Shown one piece after another: positions 40,634-49,807 of a DNA stretch of 64,000 nt (its first letter is position 1; every line of letters starts with the position of its first letter). The DNA comes from Phycisphaerae bacterium (GTDB lineage Bacteria; Planctomycetota; Phycisphaerae; SM23-33). The stretch is taken from positions 69,346 to 133,345 of the forward strand of contig JBHGBE010000001.1 of NCBI GenBank assembly GCA_041946855.1, written 5' to 3'. The notes under the pieces are model-generated. The model was given only the letters and a program-made list of their open reading frames with translations, did not search any database and was not told where the DNA came from. A program made the translations under genes and the position numbers.

Positions 40634-43057
40634 ATGAAGTTTCGCCTCTTGCCGTACACATCAGCGCGTCTGCTCAAGGCCGCGGCCGGCTTATTGTGCC
40701 TGCTTGCCATCACGGGTGCGCTTGCGGCGCAGGATGAAGGCCCGACCGTCAAGCTCGTCAGCCGTGTTGGCGGCCCGTTCAGCACCTACGCCATTGAGGG
40801 CACGTGGATCGAGCGGACCGTAACGCTGGCCAACGAGACGAAGGAAGAAGCGCTCATCAAGTTCATGTACCTGTCCGGGGACGAGACGTACTCGCGCATC
40901 GTGGCCATCCCCGCCGGGGCGGAGCGCAGGTTCGACTTCGCCGTACACTTCGGCCCGCTCGACCTGACCGGCCGTCCGCCCGTCGCGGAAGCGGGGCTGC
41001 GGCAGGCCGAGGAGAAGTCGCAGATATGGGACGCCCGCGCCGGGAGGATGATCAAGCAGGACGCCTCCCCCATCAACATGGTACCGTCCGATGTAACGCC
41101 CATCTGCGGCATCGGCGGCCTCCAGTCGGACAGCCCCAGCAACAGGGCCATCGAGGCGATGTTCCGGCGGGTGTTCACCAACGACGACAGGCTCGGCAAG
41201 TTCCAGAACATTCAGGCCGTCGCCAACACGCCCGACAGGTGGTACGGCTACTCGATGATGCCTGTGGTGCTGCTCGGCCAGACGCGGATCGACAAGTTCC
41301 GGGCCTCGCAGACCGAGGCGCTGCTGGACTGGGTGCGGCGCGGCGGCCAGTTGATCATCATCGCCAGCGACGACCTGGCCGACACGCTCGACGGGCCCAT
41401 CGGCCAGGCTGCGGGCGTGACGGCCGTGGGCGTCCATCGTGCGATGGCGCTCGACGTGACGAAGGCCGACGGGCAGAAGGTGGCGACAGTGCCCTACGCC
41501 GCGCCGATGATCATGGCCGAGCTGTGCCCGGACACGGCCGACGTGCTCTTCTACGCCAACGGCCTTCCGCTGCTGACCAGGCGCGCGGTTGGCGGCGGAC
41601 AGGTCTTCACGCTCGCCACGCCGCTGTTGGGCGTGTCTGACAAGGCCCTCGCTCCCGTGCTGCTTGAGACGCGGAACATCAAGTCAATCCAGCCGGCCAT
41701 CAACGAGAACGGTTTTGATGAACCCGCGCGGAAGCAGCTCAACGAGATCGCCGGGCGCAAAGGCCCCCCGCGGCTCTGGCCGACGATGCTGATCCTTGGG
41801 GCGGCCGCGCTGTCGGTGCTTGGCGGGCTTTTCGCGCGGAGGGCGGGCAGGGGCGAGCTTGTGTGGCTGGGGCTGGTGCCGGCGGCGGTACTGGCCGGCG
41901 TGGGCATGTTCGTCTACGGCCGTCTCCAGAGCGATCCGCAGCGGCTGAGCTATATCGGCCTGGCCGTCGGCACCGGCGACGGCACGGCGCGCGTGCAGGA
42001 GATGTTCGCCTACGGCTCCGGCGACCGGTCGCAGAAGCTCGCGTTCTGCACCGGCGGATACCGCGGCGTGATACGCGACCTGAAGCAGCCGGGCATCATC
42101 CGCGGCATCATCGACGTGCGGACCGGCGCGCGGATGTGCCTGCCGGACCAGGCGGTCAACCCCGGCGGGCGGGCCGCGTTCGCGCTGGATGAGATGGTCC
42201 AGATCGCCGGGCCATCCGGCAGGTTGACCTTCGGCGAGGGCGGCCTGACGGGCAAGCTGACCAGCGGCCTCAAGTCCCCGCTGGAGGACGCGGTCGTCTA
42301 CGTGGGCCGGCGCTCGTACCGCCTGGGGCGGATCGCCGCGGGCGGCGAGGCCGGCCTCTCAATCGGCCCCAAGGACATGCTGGGCATTGGGGAATTCACC
42401 GGCGCTTCCGTCCGCGACATCGCCGACACGCTCCGCGAGGACCTGCTGGGCGCCATCGCGACCAAGCCGGACCTGACCAGGCGGATTTCGCAATCGCCCG
42501 TTTTAGTCGGGTACATCTCGCAAAGCCCGCTCAATCCGGTGGACACGCCGGTCGCGCAGCACAACGGCTGGTGCGTGATGCTCTGGCCGCTGGAGGTCGT
42601 GCCGCCGGCCGCGGGAGCCAAGGTGCTCGTGCCGGCCGGGTTCGTCACGATCCAGGGCAAGCACGCCCGCACGCCGGCGTGGTCGTTCAAGAGCGAGTGG
42701 GACGACGTCGGCAACCGCGCCATCGACATCCGAGCCGCCCTGCCGCCGCAGGTGAAGGAATTGTCGGACGCCGTCGCGCACATTCAGATCAGGGCGCGGG
42801 CGGCGAACTACAGGATGACCGTGTCCGGCCTCAGGCCGGGGACAACTGAACCAGCGCCTGAGGACAAGCTTGCCAGTTTCGACGGGCCCGCCGGACAACA
42901 GCCCGAGATAATCGTGCCGCGGGCCGAGCGCTTCCGCGCCGCCGACGGCAGCTACCAGTTCAACATCGCGATGGAGGTCGTCAGCGGACCCAGCGACACG
43001 ACGGCGCAGTGGCGTCTGGAGAGCGTGGACGTCTCTCTTGAAGGAACCAGCAGGTGA
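40634..43057 (+). CDS. Large exported/membrane accessory protein of ABC operon
   Basis: Signal peptide; WYGY..VVLL..Q.EALLDWVRRGGQLII (GATase-like fold); two central TM helices; GTGA coupling to ATPase. Confidence 0.7.
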   Translation: MKFRLLPYTSARLLKAAAGLLCLLAITGALAAQDEGPTVKLVSRVGGPFSTYAIEGTWIERTVTLANETKEEALIKFMYLSGDETYSRIVAIPAGAERRFDFAVHFGPLDLTGRPPVAEAGLRQAEEKSQIWDARAGRMIKQDASPINMVPSDVTPICGIGGLQSDSPSNRAIEAMFRRVFTNDDRLGKFQNIQAVANTPDRWYGYSMMPVVLLGQTRIDKFRASQTEALLDWVRRGGQLIIIASDDLADTLDGPIGQAAGVTAVGVHRAMALDVTKADGQKVATVPYAAPMIMAELCPDTADVLFYANGLPLLTRRAVGGGQVFTLATPLLGVSDKALAPVLLETRNIKSIQPAINENGFDEPARKQLNEIAGRKGPPRLWPTMLILGAAALSVLGGLFARRAGRGELVWLGLVPAAVLAGVGMFVYGRLQSDPQRLSYIGLAVGTGDGTARVQEMFAYGSGDRSQKLAFCTGGYRGVIRDLKQPGIIRGIIDVRTGARMCLPDQAVNPGGRAAFALDEMVQIAGPSGRLTFGEGGLTGKLTSGLKSPLEDAVVYVGRRSYRLGRIAAGGEAGLSIGPKDMLGIGEFTGASVRDIADTLREDLLGAIATKPDLTRRISQSPVLVGYISQSPLNPVDTPVAQHNGWCVMLWPLEVVPPAAGAKVLVPAGFVTIQGKHARTPAWSFKSEWDDVGNRAIDIRAALPPQVKELSDAVAHIQIRARAANYRMTVSGLRPGTTEPAPEDKLASFDGPAGQQPEIIVPRAERFRAADGSYQFNIAMEVVSGPSDTTAQWRLESVDVSLEGTSR

Positions 43058-44094
43058 ACGGCGGCAACAACGACATCATCGTGAAGTGCGAGGGCCTGAC
43101 CAAGATCTACAGCGAGATCACGGCCTTGGACAACCTCGACCTGGAAATCCGCCGAGGGCACATCTTCGGCTACATCGGCCACAACGGCGCGGGCAAGACG
43201 ACGACCATCCGCATCCTCGCGGGCCTGCTGACGTCCAGCCGCGGGCGGGCGACCATTGCCGGCGTCGACGTCTCAAGCGGGCGCGACGCGATCAAGTCGC
43301 TGGTGGGCTACATGCCCGACAGCTTCGGCGTCTACGAGCAGATGCGCGTGTGGGAGTATCTCGACTTCTTCGGGGCGGCCTTCAAGATCCCGCGGGCCAA
43401 GAGGCTGGACCGCATGGACTACGTGCTGGAGACCACCGGCGGCGAATACATGCGCGACAGGTTCGTCGACACGCTCTCGCACGGCATGAAGCAGCGGATC
43501 GGCATCGCCCGCACGCTGATGCACGACCCGGAGGTGCTCCTGCTGGACGAGCCGGCCAACGGCCTGGACCCGCAGGCCCGCGTCGAGATGCGAAAGCTCC
43601 TCCGCCGCCTGGCGGACTCGGGCAAGACGCTGCTGGTCAGCTCGCACATACTGCCGGAGCTGGCGGCCGTCTGCGACGAGGTCGGCATCATCCACCAGGG
43701 CCGGCTCAAGGCCGCCGGGCCGATAAAGGAGGTGCTCGGCCGGATCCACCGCGACAGGCTCATGGAGCTCAAGGCCGCCTCCAATCTCGACGGGGCCGTG
43801 GCCTTCCTGTCCAAGGACAGCCGGTGCAGCCACGTCGATGGCACGATGACCGCCGAGGGGATCGTCCGCTTCAACTTCAGCGGCGATGACGCGGCGCTGG
43901 CGGGCCTGCTCCAGTCCCTCGTGGCGGCGAAGGTACCGACGGTGACGTTCCGCGAAATCCCGCTGAGCCTCGAGGACGCCTATCTCGCCATATCCGGCGT
44001 CGTTCCCGGCGCTGAGGAGGATGAGCTGCCGCCCGCCGGCCCGCCCCCGACTATGTTGCCGTCCGCGGCGCCGCCAAGCGGAGGCCAAGCGTGA
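43054..44094 (+). CDS. ABC transporter ATP-binding protein (ABC-2 exporter type)
   Basis: GHNGAGKTT, LSHGMKQR, LLDEPANGLDP, SSHIL. Confidence 0.93.
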   Translation: MNGGNNDIIVKCEGLTKIYSEITALDNLDLEIRRGHIFGYIGHNGAGKTTTIRILAGLLTSSRGRATIAGVDVSSGRDAIKSLVGYMPDSFGVYEQMRVWEYLDFFGAAFKIPRAKRLDRMDYVLETTGGEYMRDRFVDTLSHGMKQRIGIARTLMHDPEVLLLDEPANGLDPQARVEMRKLLRRLADSGKTLLVSSHILPELAAVCDEVGIIHQGRLKAAGPIKEVLGRIHRDRLMELKAASNLDGAVAFLSKDSRCSHVDGTMTAEGIVRFNFSGDDAALAGLLQSLVAAKVPTVTFREIPLSLEDAYLAISGVVPGAEEDELPPAGPPPTMLPSAAPPSGGQA

Positions 44095-45881
44095 CCGCCA
44101 GCCTTACCACCACATTCAGCGGGCGCGAAAGCCTGGTGCAGAAGGTCGGCTTCCTTCGCGCCCTCGTCACCAATCCGATCATCCGCAAGGAAGTGCTGAT
44201 GTCGTTGCGGACCCGCAAGGCGATCGCCATGCAGGTGCTCTTCCTTGTGATCCAGGCGGGCCTGCTGTGGCTCTACTGGCCGGCCACGGGAATGCAGGAC
44301 GCCGAGGGCGTCAAGGCCCGCGAAATCCTCAGCATCCTTGCCATCGGCGAGATGGCGATGGTCGCGCTGTTCGCGCCGGCATTCACCGCCGCCTCGCTGA
44401 CGGTGGAGAAGGAGCGCAAAACTCTCGAAAGCCTCTTCGCCACGGCGCTCCGCCCGTGGGAGATCGCCTACGGCAAGATCGTCGGGTCGCTTGCGTTCCT
44501 GGTGCTCGTGGTCGCAAGCGGCGCAATCGGCCTGGCGGCCCCCCTCATGCTCGGCGACGTGAGGCTGGCGCAGGTGCTGGCCGTCATGGGCCTGCTGCTC
44601 CTGACGGCCGTGTTCCTGGGCGCGATTGGCCTGTTCATCAGCACCTTCATGCACCGCAGCTACCGCTCGATCATCCTGACCTACGCCGTGCTTCTGGTGA
44701 TCTGCTTCTTCCTGGCGACGCCGGCCTGGCCCATCACCGGCAACCTCATCACCCGCTGCGGCCCGGTCTGGCAGGGAATCCTGCACGTCCTGTCCTCCTT
44801 CAGCCCTCTTGAGGCGATGATCTCTGTGGTGCTGCCGGACAGCGGCTACGCCACCGGCGCGGCGGCCTGGCCGCCTTTCTGGCAGGTCTATGTCGTGCTG
44901 GCGAGCGTCTGCATCGTCGCCCTCGCGGCCGCCTGCATCGCCAAGCTCAGCCGGCCTGTCGCGCCGCCCCGCCCGCGCGAGGAGCTCAAGGTCATCGAGC
45001 GCGACGGCAAGTTCACCGCGCGGTCCGTCATGTTCCTGGTCGATCCCCGCAAGCGAAAGCGGGCGATCCGCTGGTGGCAGAACCCCGTGCTCATCAAGGA
45101 GTTCCGCACCCGGCCGATGCTCCAGTCGCACTGGCTCGTGCGGGCGTCGCTGACTTGCCTGATCTCCGCCATCGTGCTGATGGTGGTCGTCAACATCGCC
45201 GTCAAGAACTTCGTCGAGGAGGCGGGAACCAAGGTAGTGGCCGGCACCGACATGGAGCAGGTGGCGATGATACCGGCCATTGCGACGTCCGCCGCCGTGC
45301 TGATGGTCGTCATGATCATCCTCATCGGCCCCGCCATGGCCTCGGGCGCGATCAGCTCCGACCGCGAGACCGGCGTGTGGGAGCTGCTGCGCACGACGCG
45401 GATGTCGAGTTGGCGGATAGCCAGCGGGAAGTTCCAGGCGTCGATAATCCCGCTGCTGCTGATTACCGGCGCGGTCGTCCCGGCGCTGGCCATACTCATC
45501 TTCGTCGACACGACCATCTGGATCAACGTGCTGCGCATGCTGGCGGTGGCGGGCTCGACGGTCTTCTTCGTGTCCTCGGCCGGGATGTTCTTCTCGAGCC
45601 TCTTCCCGCGGACCTCGACCGCCACCGCGTGGACGTACGGGCTTGTGATAACGCTTGGGCTGCTGACGCTGCTGACGCTGCTGGGCGACAAGGCGTTCTC
45701 GGGCCAGTTCGTCCGGTGGGTCCTGCTGGCCAACCCCGTGGCGGCCGTCATGGAGGCCGGCGGCAGCGTGCTCCAGGGGCACACACTGTTCGCCGACCAC
45801 CTGAAGATCATGCTGACGGCCGGCGCGGCGATGTTCGTCGTGACGGTCATCCGCGTGTTCCAGTTGCGCCGGCCGGACTAG
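44091..45881 (+). CDS. ABC-2 type permease, duplicated domain
   Basis: Two NPIIRKE/NPVLIKE..TM modules with EKERKTLESL and DRETGVWELL motifs. Confidence 0.85.
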   Translation: MTASLTTTFSGRESLVQKVGFLRALVTNPIIRKEVLMSLRTRKAIAMQVLFLVIQAGLLWLYWPATGMQDAEGVKAREILSILAIGEMAMVALFAPAFTAASLTVEKERKTLESLFATALRPWEIAYGKIVGSLAFLVLVVASGAIGLAAPLMLGDVRLAQVLAVMGLLLLTAVFLGAIGLFISTFMHRSYRSIILTYAVLLVICFFLATPAWPITGNLITRCGPVWQGILHVLSSFSPLEAMISVVLPDSGYATGAAAWPPFWQVYVVLASVCIVALAAACIAKLSRPVAPPRPREELKVIERDGKFTARSVMFLVDPRKRKRAIRWWQNPVLIKEFRTRPMLQSHWLVRASLTCLISAIVLMVVVNIAVKNFVEEAGTKVVAGTDMEQVAMIPAIATSAAVLMVVMIILIGPAMASGAISSDRETGVWELLRTTRMSSWRIASGKFQASIIPLLLITGAVVPALAILIFVDTTIWINVLRMLAVAGSTVFFVSSAGMFFSSLFPRTSTATAWTYGLVITLGLLTLLTLLGDKAFSGQFVRWVLLANPVAAVMEAGGSVLQGHTLFADHLKIMLTAGAAMFVVTVIRVFQLRRPD

Positions 45882-45912
45882 GGAATTGTGAATTGCGAAT
45901 TGCGGATTGGAC

Positions 45913-47961
45913 ATGACTCAACGAACCGAACACTCTCTCTTCCCTCCTCCTTCCTCCCTCTTCGGTTTGCACCCCTGGAGAGCATTGCTCGTGGTCCTGC
46001 TCTCCGGGGCAATCTGCATGGCCCAGAGCAAGCCGGCCGCCGAAACTCAGCCCTCCGAGCCGACGTGGGTGCCCGTCAAGAGCTACCGCAACGACGGCTA
46101 CTCGTCGTATCAGCTCAAGGAGTACTTCGGGGACGCGGCGAACATCAAGCTGCTGGGCGACATGGCCAAGGACCCCGACGCGCTGGCCCGCGAGCAGGCG
46201 GTCCGCGACCTGGGCCAGACGCACAACGTCGCGGCCGCGCCGCTCATCCAGGCGGCGATGAAGGACGCCGATCCGAACGTCCGCGCCGCCGCGGCCGGTG
46301 CCGCCTACGAACTGTCACTGGGCGGATACGAGCGGACGATACTGGACGCCCTGGCCGACGCCGACGGCCGGGTCGTCATGACCGCCCTGCGCATGGTCCG
46401 CAATCTAAAGCTGTCTACGGCCGCCAAGGACATTGCCCCCCTGCTGGCCGGCGGCAACGCGCCCATTCAGGCCGACGCGCTGGCGACGTTGACAGACGTC
46501 GGCCAGCCGGCGGCGACCGACGCCCTTACGGCCCTCTTCAGGAGCCCATCCCCGGCCGTGCGCCTCCGGGCTGCGGAGAATGCCGCGCTGGTGGACAAGG
46601 CCAAGGCCGCCGACGTGACAGGCGCGCTGGCCGAACTTGCCGCAAAGGATGCGCCGGCCGTGCGCGGCGCGGCGCTGGCGGCGCTTGGGACACTCGCATT
46701 CGACTCATCGCGGGCCGCCATAGACGCTTCCGCCAAGGACGCCGACCCGCAGGTGCGGCGCGGGGCGCTGGCGGCGCTGCAAAACGCGGGCAAGCGAGAT
46801 CGCATCAAGCCGTTCCTGGATGATCCATCCGCCATGGTCCGCCTGGCGGCGATCCGCGCCGCGGGACAGCTCAGGTGCGAGGATTGCACCGGAAGGCTGT
46901 TCGAACTGATGCAGGCCGTCGAGGATGATTTGGCCCACTTCGCCGCACGGCAGAGCCTCCGCCAGATCGGCACGCCGCAGGTCAATGCCCAGGCCGGCGC
47001 GGTGGTGCAGGAGGCCAACAAGAGCCTTGCGCCCTTACAGAAGGCGCTCGACGATGTCGGCAAGATCGCCTCGGACCTCAATGCCAAGCTGGCCCCCTAC
47101 GAGAGGACGCTCTCGGACCTGAAGGCGTCGCGCGCCGCCCAGCAGCGGATAGACGTCGCCCAGGCGGAACTCGACAAGGCGATGGTCCCCTTCGATGCGC
47201 AGCAGGTGCTAGTCGACGCCGCCCGCGCGAAGTTCAACCGCGCCATGCGGAACCTGCGGTCGGCCTGCTGGCTGCTTGGCGAGCTCAAGGGCGCCGAGGA
47301 GTTCGACACGCGCATGGCGATCGTCTCCGGCTCGGTCGCCGCGAAGGATACGGACGTCATCAAGATCGACTCCGACGTGCTGATCGAGACGGTCTTCTCG
47401 CTCGGGCGGCTGGGCCGTCCGGAGGCGGCCGGGCCGATCAACGCCGTCCTCGCCAAGTCCGCCGCGATGGCGCCCGGCTTTTTCTCCGACCATCCGCCGC
47501 CGGGCTCGCGATACAACGGCCGTGTGGTCATCTCCTGCGTCGAGGCGCTGGCCGCCCTCCACAACAGCGACGGCCTGGATTCGATGCGGGCGATCAAGGA
47601 AGTGCGGATCAAGATGGCCGGCAGGCTCAACGAGGAATCCGAGGCCATCATGCGGTCGCTGCCGATGCTGACGACGCCCGCCAACCGCGCGACCATCGAA
47701 AAGGAGTTCATCGACAAGGCCATCGACGACCCGACGTTCCTTCTGCCCGTGCGCTTCGAGGCGATCAAGTCCGCCGGCAAGCTCAAGCTCGAGGGCCAGA
47801 CGACCGTCAGGCTCATCAAGAAGGTGCTGCTGGAGGAGCGCCCGGACCGCAACATGATGCGGGTGTCCGCCTGGGCCATCAAGCGGATCACGAACGAGAC
47901 GCTGCCCATCTCCGACCCCGTCGTCTACCAGGGCGACTGGATCATCCGCAAGCGCGAGTAG
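45913..47961 (+). CDS. Exported HEAT-repeat protein with coiled-coil insertion
   Basis: Repeated DxDxxVRxxAxxAL units; signal-like N-terminus. Confidence 0.75.
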   Translation: MTQRTEHSLFPPPSSLFGLHPWRALLVVLLSGAICMAQSKPAAETQPSEPTWVPVKSYRNDGYSSYQLKEYFGDAANIKLLGDMAKDPDALAREQAVRDLGQTHNVAAAPLIQAAMKDADPNVRAAAAGAAYELSLGGYERTILDALADADGRVVMTALRMVRNLKLSTAAKDIAPLLAGGNAPIQADALATLTDVGQPAATDALTALFRSPSPAVRLRAAENAALVDKAKAADVTGALAELAAKDAPAVRGAALAALGTLAFDSSRAAIDASAKDADPQVRRGALAALQNAGKRDRIKPFLDDPSAMVRLAAIRAAGQLRCEDCTGRLFELMQAVEDDLAHFAARQSLRQIGTPQVNAQAGAVVQEANKSLAPLQKALDDVGKIASDLNAKLAPYERTLSDLKASRAAQQRIDVAQAELDKAMVPFDAQQVLVDAARAKFNRAMRNLRSACWLLGELKGAEEFDTRMAIVSGSVAAKDTDVIKIDSDVLIETVFSLGRLGRPEAAGPINAVLAKSAAMAPGFFSDHPPPGSRYNGRVVISCVEALAALHNSDGLDSMRAIKEVRIKMAGRLNEESEAIMRSLPMLTTPANRATIEKEFIDKAIDDPTFLLPVRFEAIKSAGKLKLEGQTTVRLIKKVLLEERPDRNMMRVSAWAIKRITNETLPISDPVVYQGDWIIRKRE

Positions 47962-47970
47962 CGCCGCCCG

Positions 47971-48960
47971 TCAGGCCGGGGGACTCGCGCCCGTCGGGGC
48001 CCGCCCCGCCCCGCCCTCGCCCTTTGGCTTCCTGAACTTCCGCCAGATTGCCCCCACCGGCCCCGACAGGGCGTACACCAGCGTGACGACTGCCGCCGTC
48101 ACGAACAGATCGATCAGCCAGCACGCAAGGCCGATCACGATGAGCTTGACCAGGTAGGAGAACGGCCGCTTCCCGCGGATGTACTGGTTGATCACGTGCG
48201 CGTAGCGGAACCGCGAGACCATCAGCAGCGCCGCCAGCAGCGTCGCGACGGGCAGGGCGACGCTCACTGCCGCCAGCGCCGCCGGCCCCGCCATCCAGTC
48301 CTTCAGCAGCCACGAGCCGTTCAGCTTGGCGAACAGGAGCGACAGCGACGCGACGACGGCGGCCGCGCCAGGCGAGGGCAGGCCCTTGAAGTTCATGTGC
48401 GCGGATTCATCGGGCTCGTTCTCCACGTTGAACCGGGCCAGCCGCAGTATCGCGCACGCCATGTACAGCGCCGCCACGCACCAGATCCCGCGCTCCAGCA
48501 GCAGGAAATTCGGCTGGAAATCGTCGCCTTCGCGGTGCCACCCGATGGTCGTGACGGTGGCCCGCAGCATCAGCACGCCCGGCGCAAGGCCGAAGCTGAC
48601 CGCGTCGCAAAGGCTGTCGAGCTGGGCCCCGAAATCGCTGGTGCGCCTGGCCCACCGGGCGAGCCGGCCGTCGAGCATGTCGAAGAGCATCGCGCCGAAG
48701 ATCAGCCACGCGGAATACTCGAAGTAGCGATAATGAACATTATCGAGATCGCCGAACCTGTCTTTGCAGGCCCAGTGGATGGCCGCGAACCCGCACAGGC
48801 CGTTGAGGAGCGTGCAGAGGGCCGGCAGGACGGCCGTGCCGCGGAGGATCAGCGACTTGCGCCTGGCGGCGCGGCGGTGCCGGTGCACCGACCGCGTTTC
48901 CTCCGCGGCCCGGCGATGGGCCGGCGCGATTGGGTCGTCTGTCTTCGATGGCTCACTCAC
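47971..48960 (-). CDS. pssA: CDP-diacylglycerol--serine O-phosphatidyltransferase
   Basis: DMLDGRLAR..SDFGAQLDSLCDAVSFG, RLARFN, FKGLPSP. Confidence 0.92.
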   Translation of the reverse strand: MSEPSKTDDPIAPAHRRAAEETRSVHRHRRAARRKSLILRGTAVLPALCTLLNGLCGFAAIHWACKDRFGDLDNVHYRYFEYSAWLIFGAMLFDMLDGRLARWARRTSDFGAQLDSLCDAVSFGLAPGVLMLRATVTTIGWHREGDDFQPNFLLLERGIWCVAALYMACAILRLARFNVENEPDESAHMNFKGLPSPGAAAVVASLSLLFAKLNGSWLLKDWMAGPAALAAVSVALPVATLLAALLMVSRFRYAHVINQYIRGKRPFSYLVKLIVIGLACWLIDLFVTAAVVTLVYALSGPVGAIWRKFRKPKGEGGAGRAPTGASPPA

Positions 48961-49646
48961 GTACTGGCCTCCGCCGCCCTGGCCAGCACCGTCAGGCCGG
49001 CCTTGACATTCTGGCCGACCTGGACGAGGACCTCGCCGGCCAACTCCCGCGGGAGTAGCAACTCCAGCCGCGAGCCAAGCTTTATCATGCCGATGCGCTG
49101 GCCGCGCCTGATCGACTGCCCGGCGGCAAGGTCGGTGACGATCCGCCGCGCCAGGAGGCCCGCCACCTGGCGGACGACCAGGGGATACTGCTGCCCGCGG
49201 CGCTCGTGCGTGAGGAAGATCGTGGCCGATTCGTTTCGCTCGCCGGCCGCCGCGTCGCGGGCGTCGAGGAACGAGCCGGCCTTGTGCTCCACCGACCGCA
49301 CCACCGCGTCGGCCGGGCTGCGGTTGACGTGGACGCTGAATATGCTCATGAAGATGCCGATCTGCGTCCCCTCGCGGCCCAGCACGCTCCGCGGGCCTAT
49401 CGGCGTGATGTCCGTCACGGCGCCGTCGGCGGGGCTGACGATCAACCCGTCACCCGACGGCGCGTCGCGCCGCGGGTCGCGGAAGAACCACAACAGCCAC
49501 GCCCATACAACCACCGGCACGGCCGCGACGCCGACCGCCAGCACAACCGGCAACTTCCAGAACGCCAGCGAGCAAAGGACGGCCGCCAGGGCCGTGGCCG
49601 CCGCGACTTCCTTAAGGCAGTATTTGGCCAGCCCGCAACATCCCAT
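48957..49646 (-). CDS. psd: Phosphatidylserine decarboxylase proenzyme
   Basis: FFRDP, SPADG, IFMSIFSVHVNRSP, KLGSRLE cleavage site; start uncertain. Confidence 0.9.
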   Translation of the reverse strand: MGCCGLAKYCLKEVAAATALAAVLCSLAFWKLPVVLAVGVAAVPVVVWAWLLWFFRDPRRDAPSGDGLIVSPADGAVTDITPIGPRSVLGREGTQIGIFMSIFSVHVNRSPADAVVRSVEHKAGSFLDARDAAAGERNESATIFLTHERRGQQYPLVVRQVAGLLARRIVTDLAAGQSIRRGQRIGMIKLGSRLELLLPRELAGEVLVQVGQNVKAGLTVLARAAEAST

Positions 49647-49720
49647 GCCCGATAGCTTACCGCAGCGAGTTCCCTTCCACCACAACCATCCGGCCGCCCA
49701 TCCTTGCCGCCCCACCAGTG

Positions 49721-49768
49721 CCGGCGAGTCGGAGACTCGCCGGAAGCGGCAGGTCGGAGACCCGCCGC
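49721..49768. repeat. REP-like hairpin doublet
   Basis: CCGGCGAGTC-GGA-GACTCGCCGG and GCGGCAGGTC-GGA-GACCCGCCGC; related copy at 56555-56577. Confidence 0.7.
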
Positions 49769-49807
49769 CAGTCAGGTTCGACGTAATTCACACGCCTAAG
49801 ATTAGTT

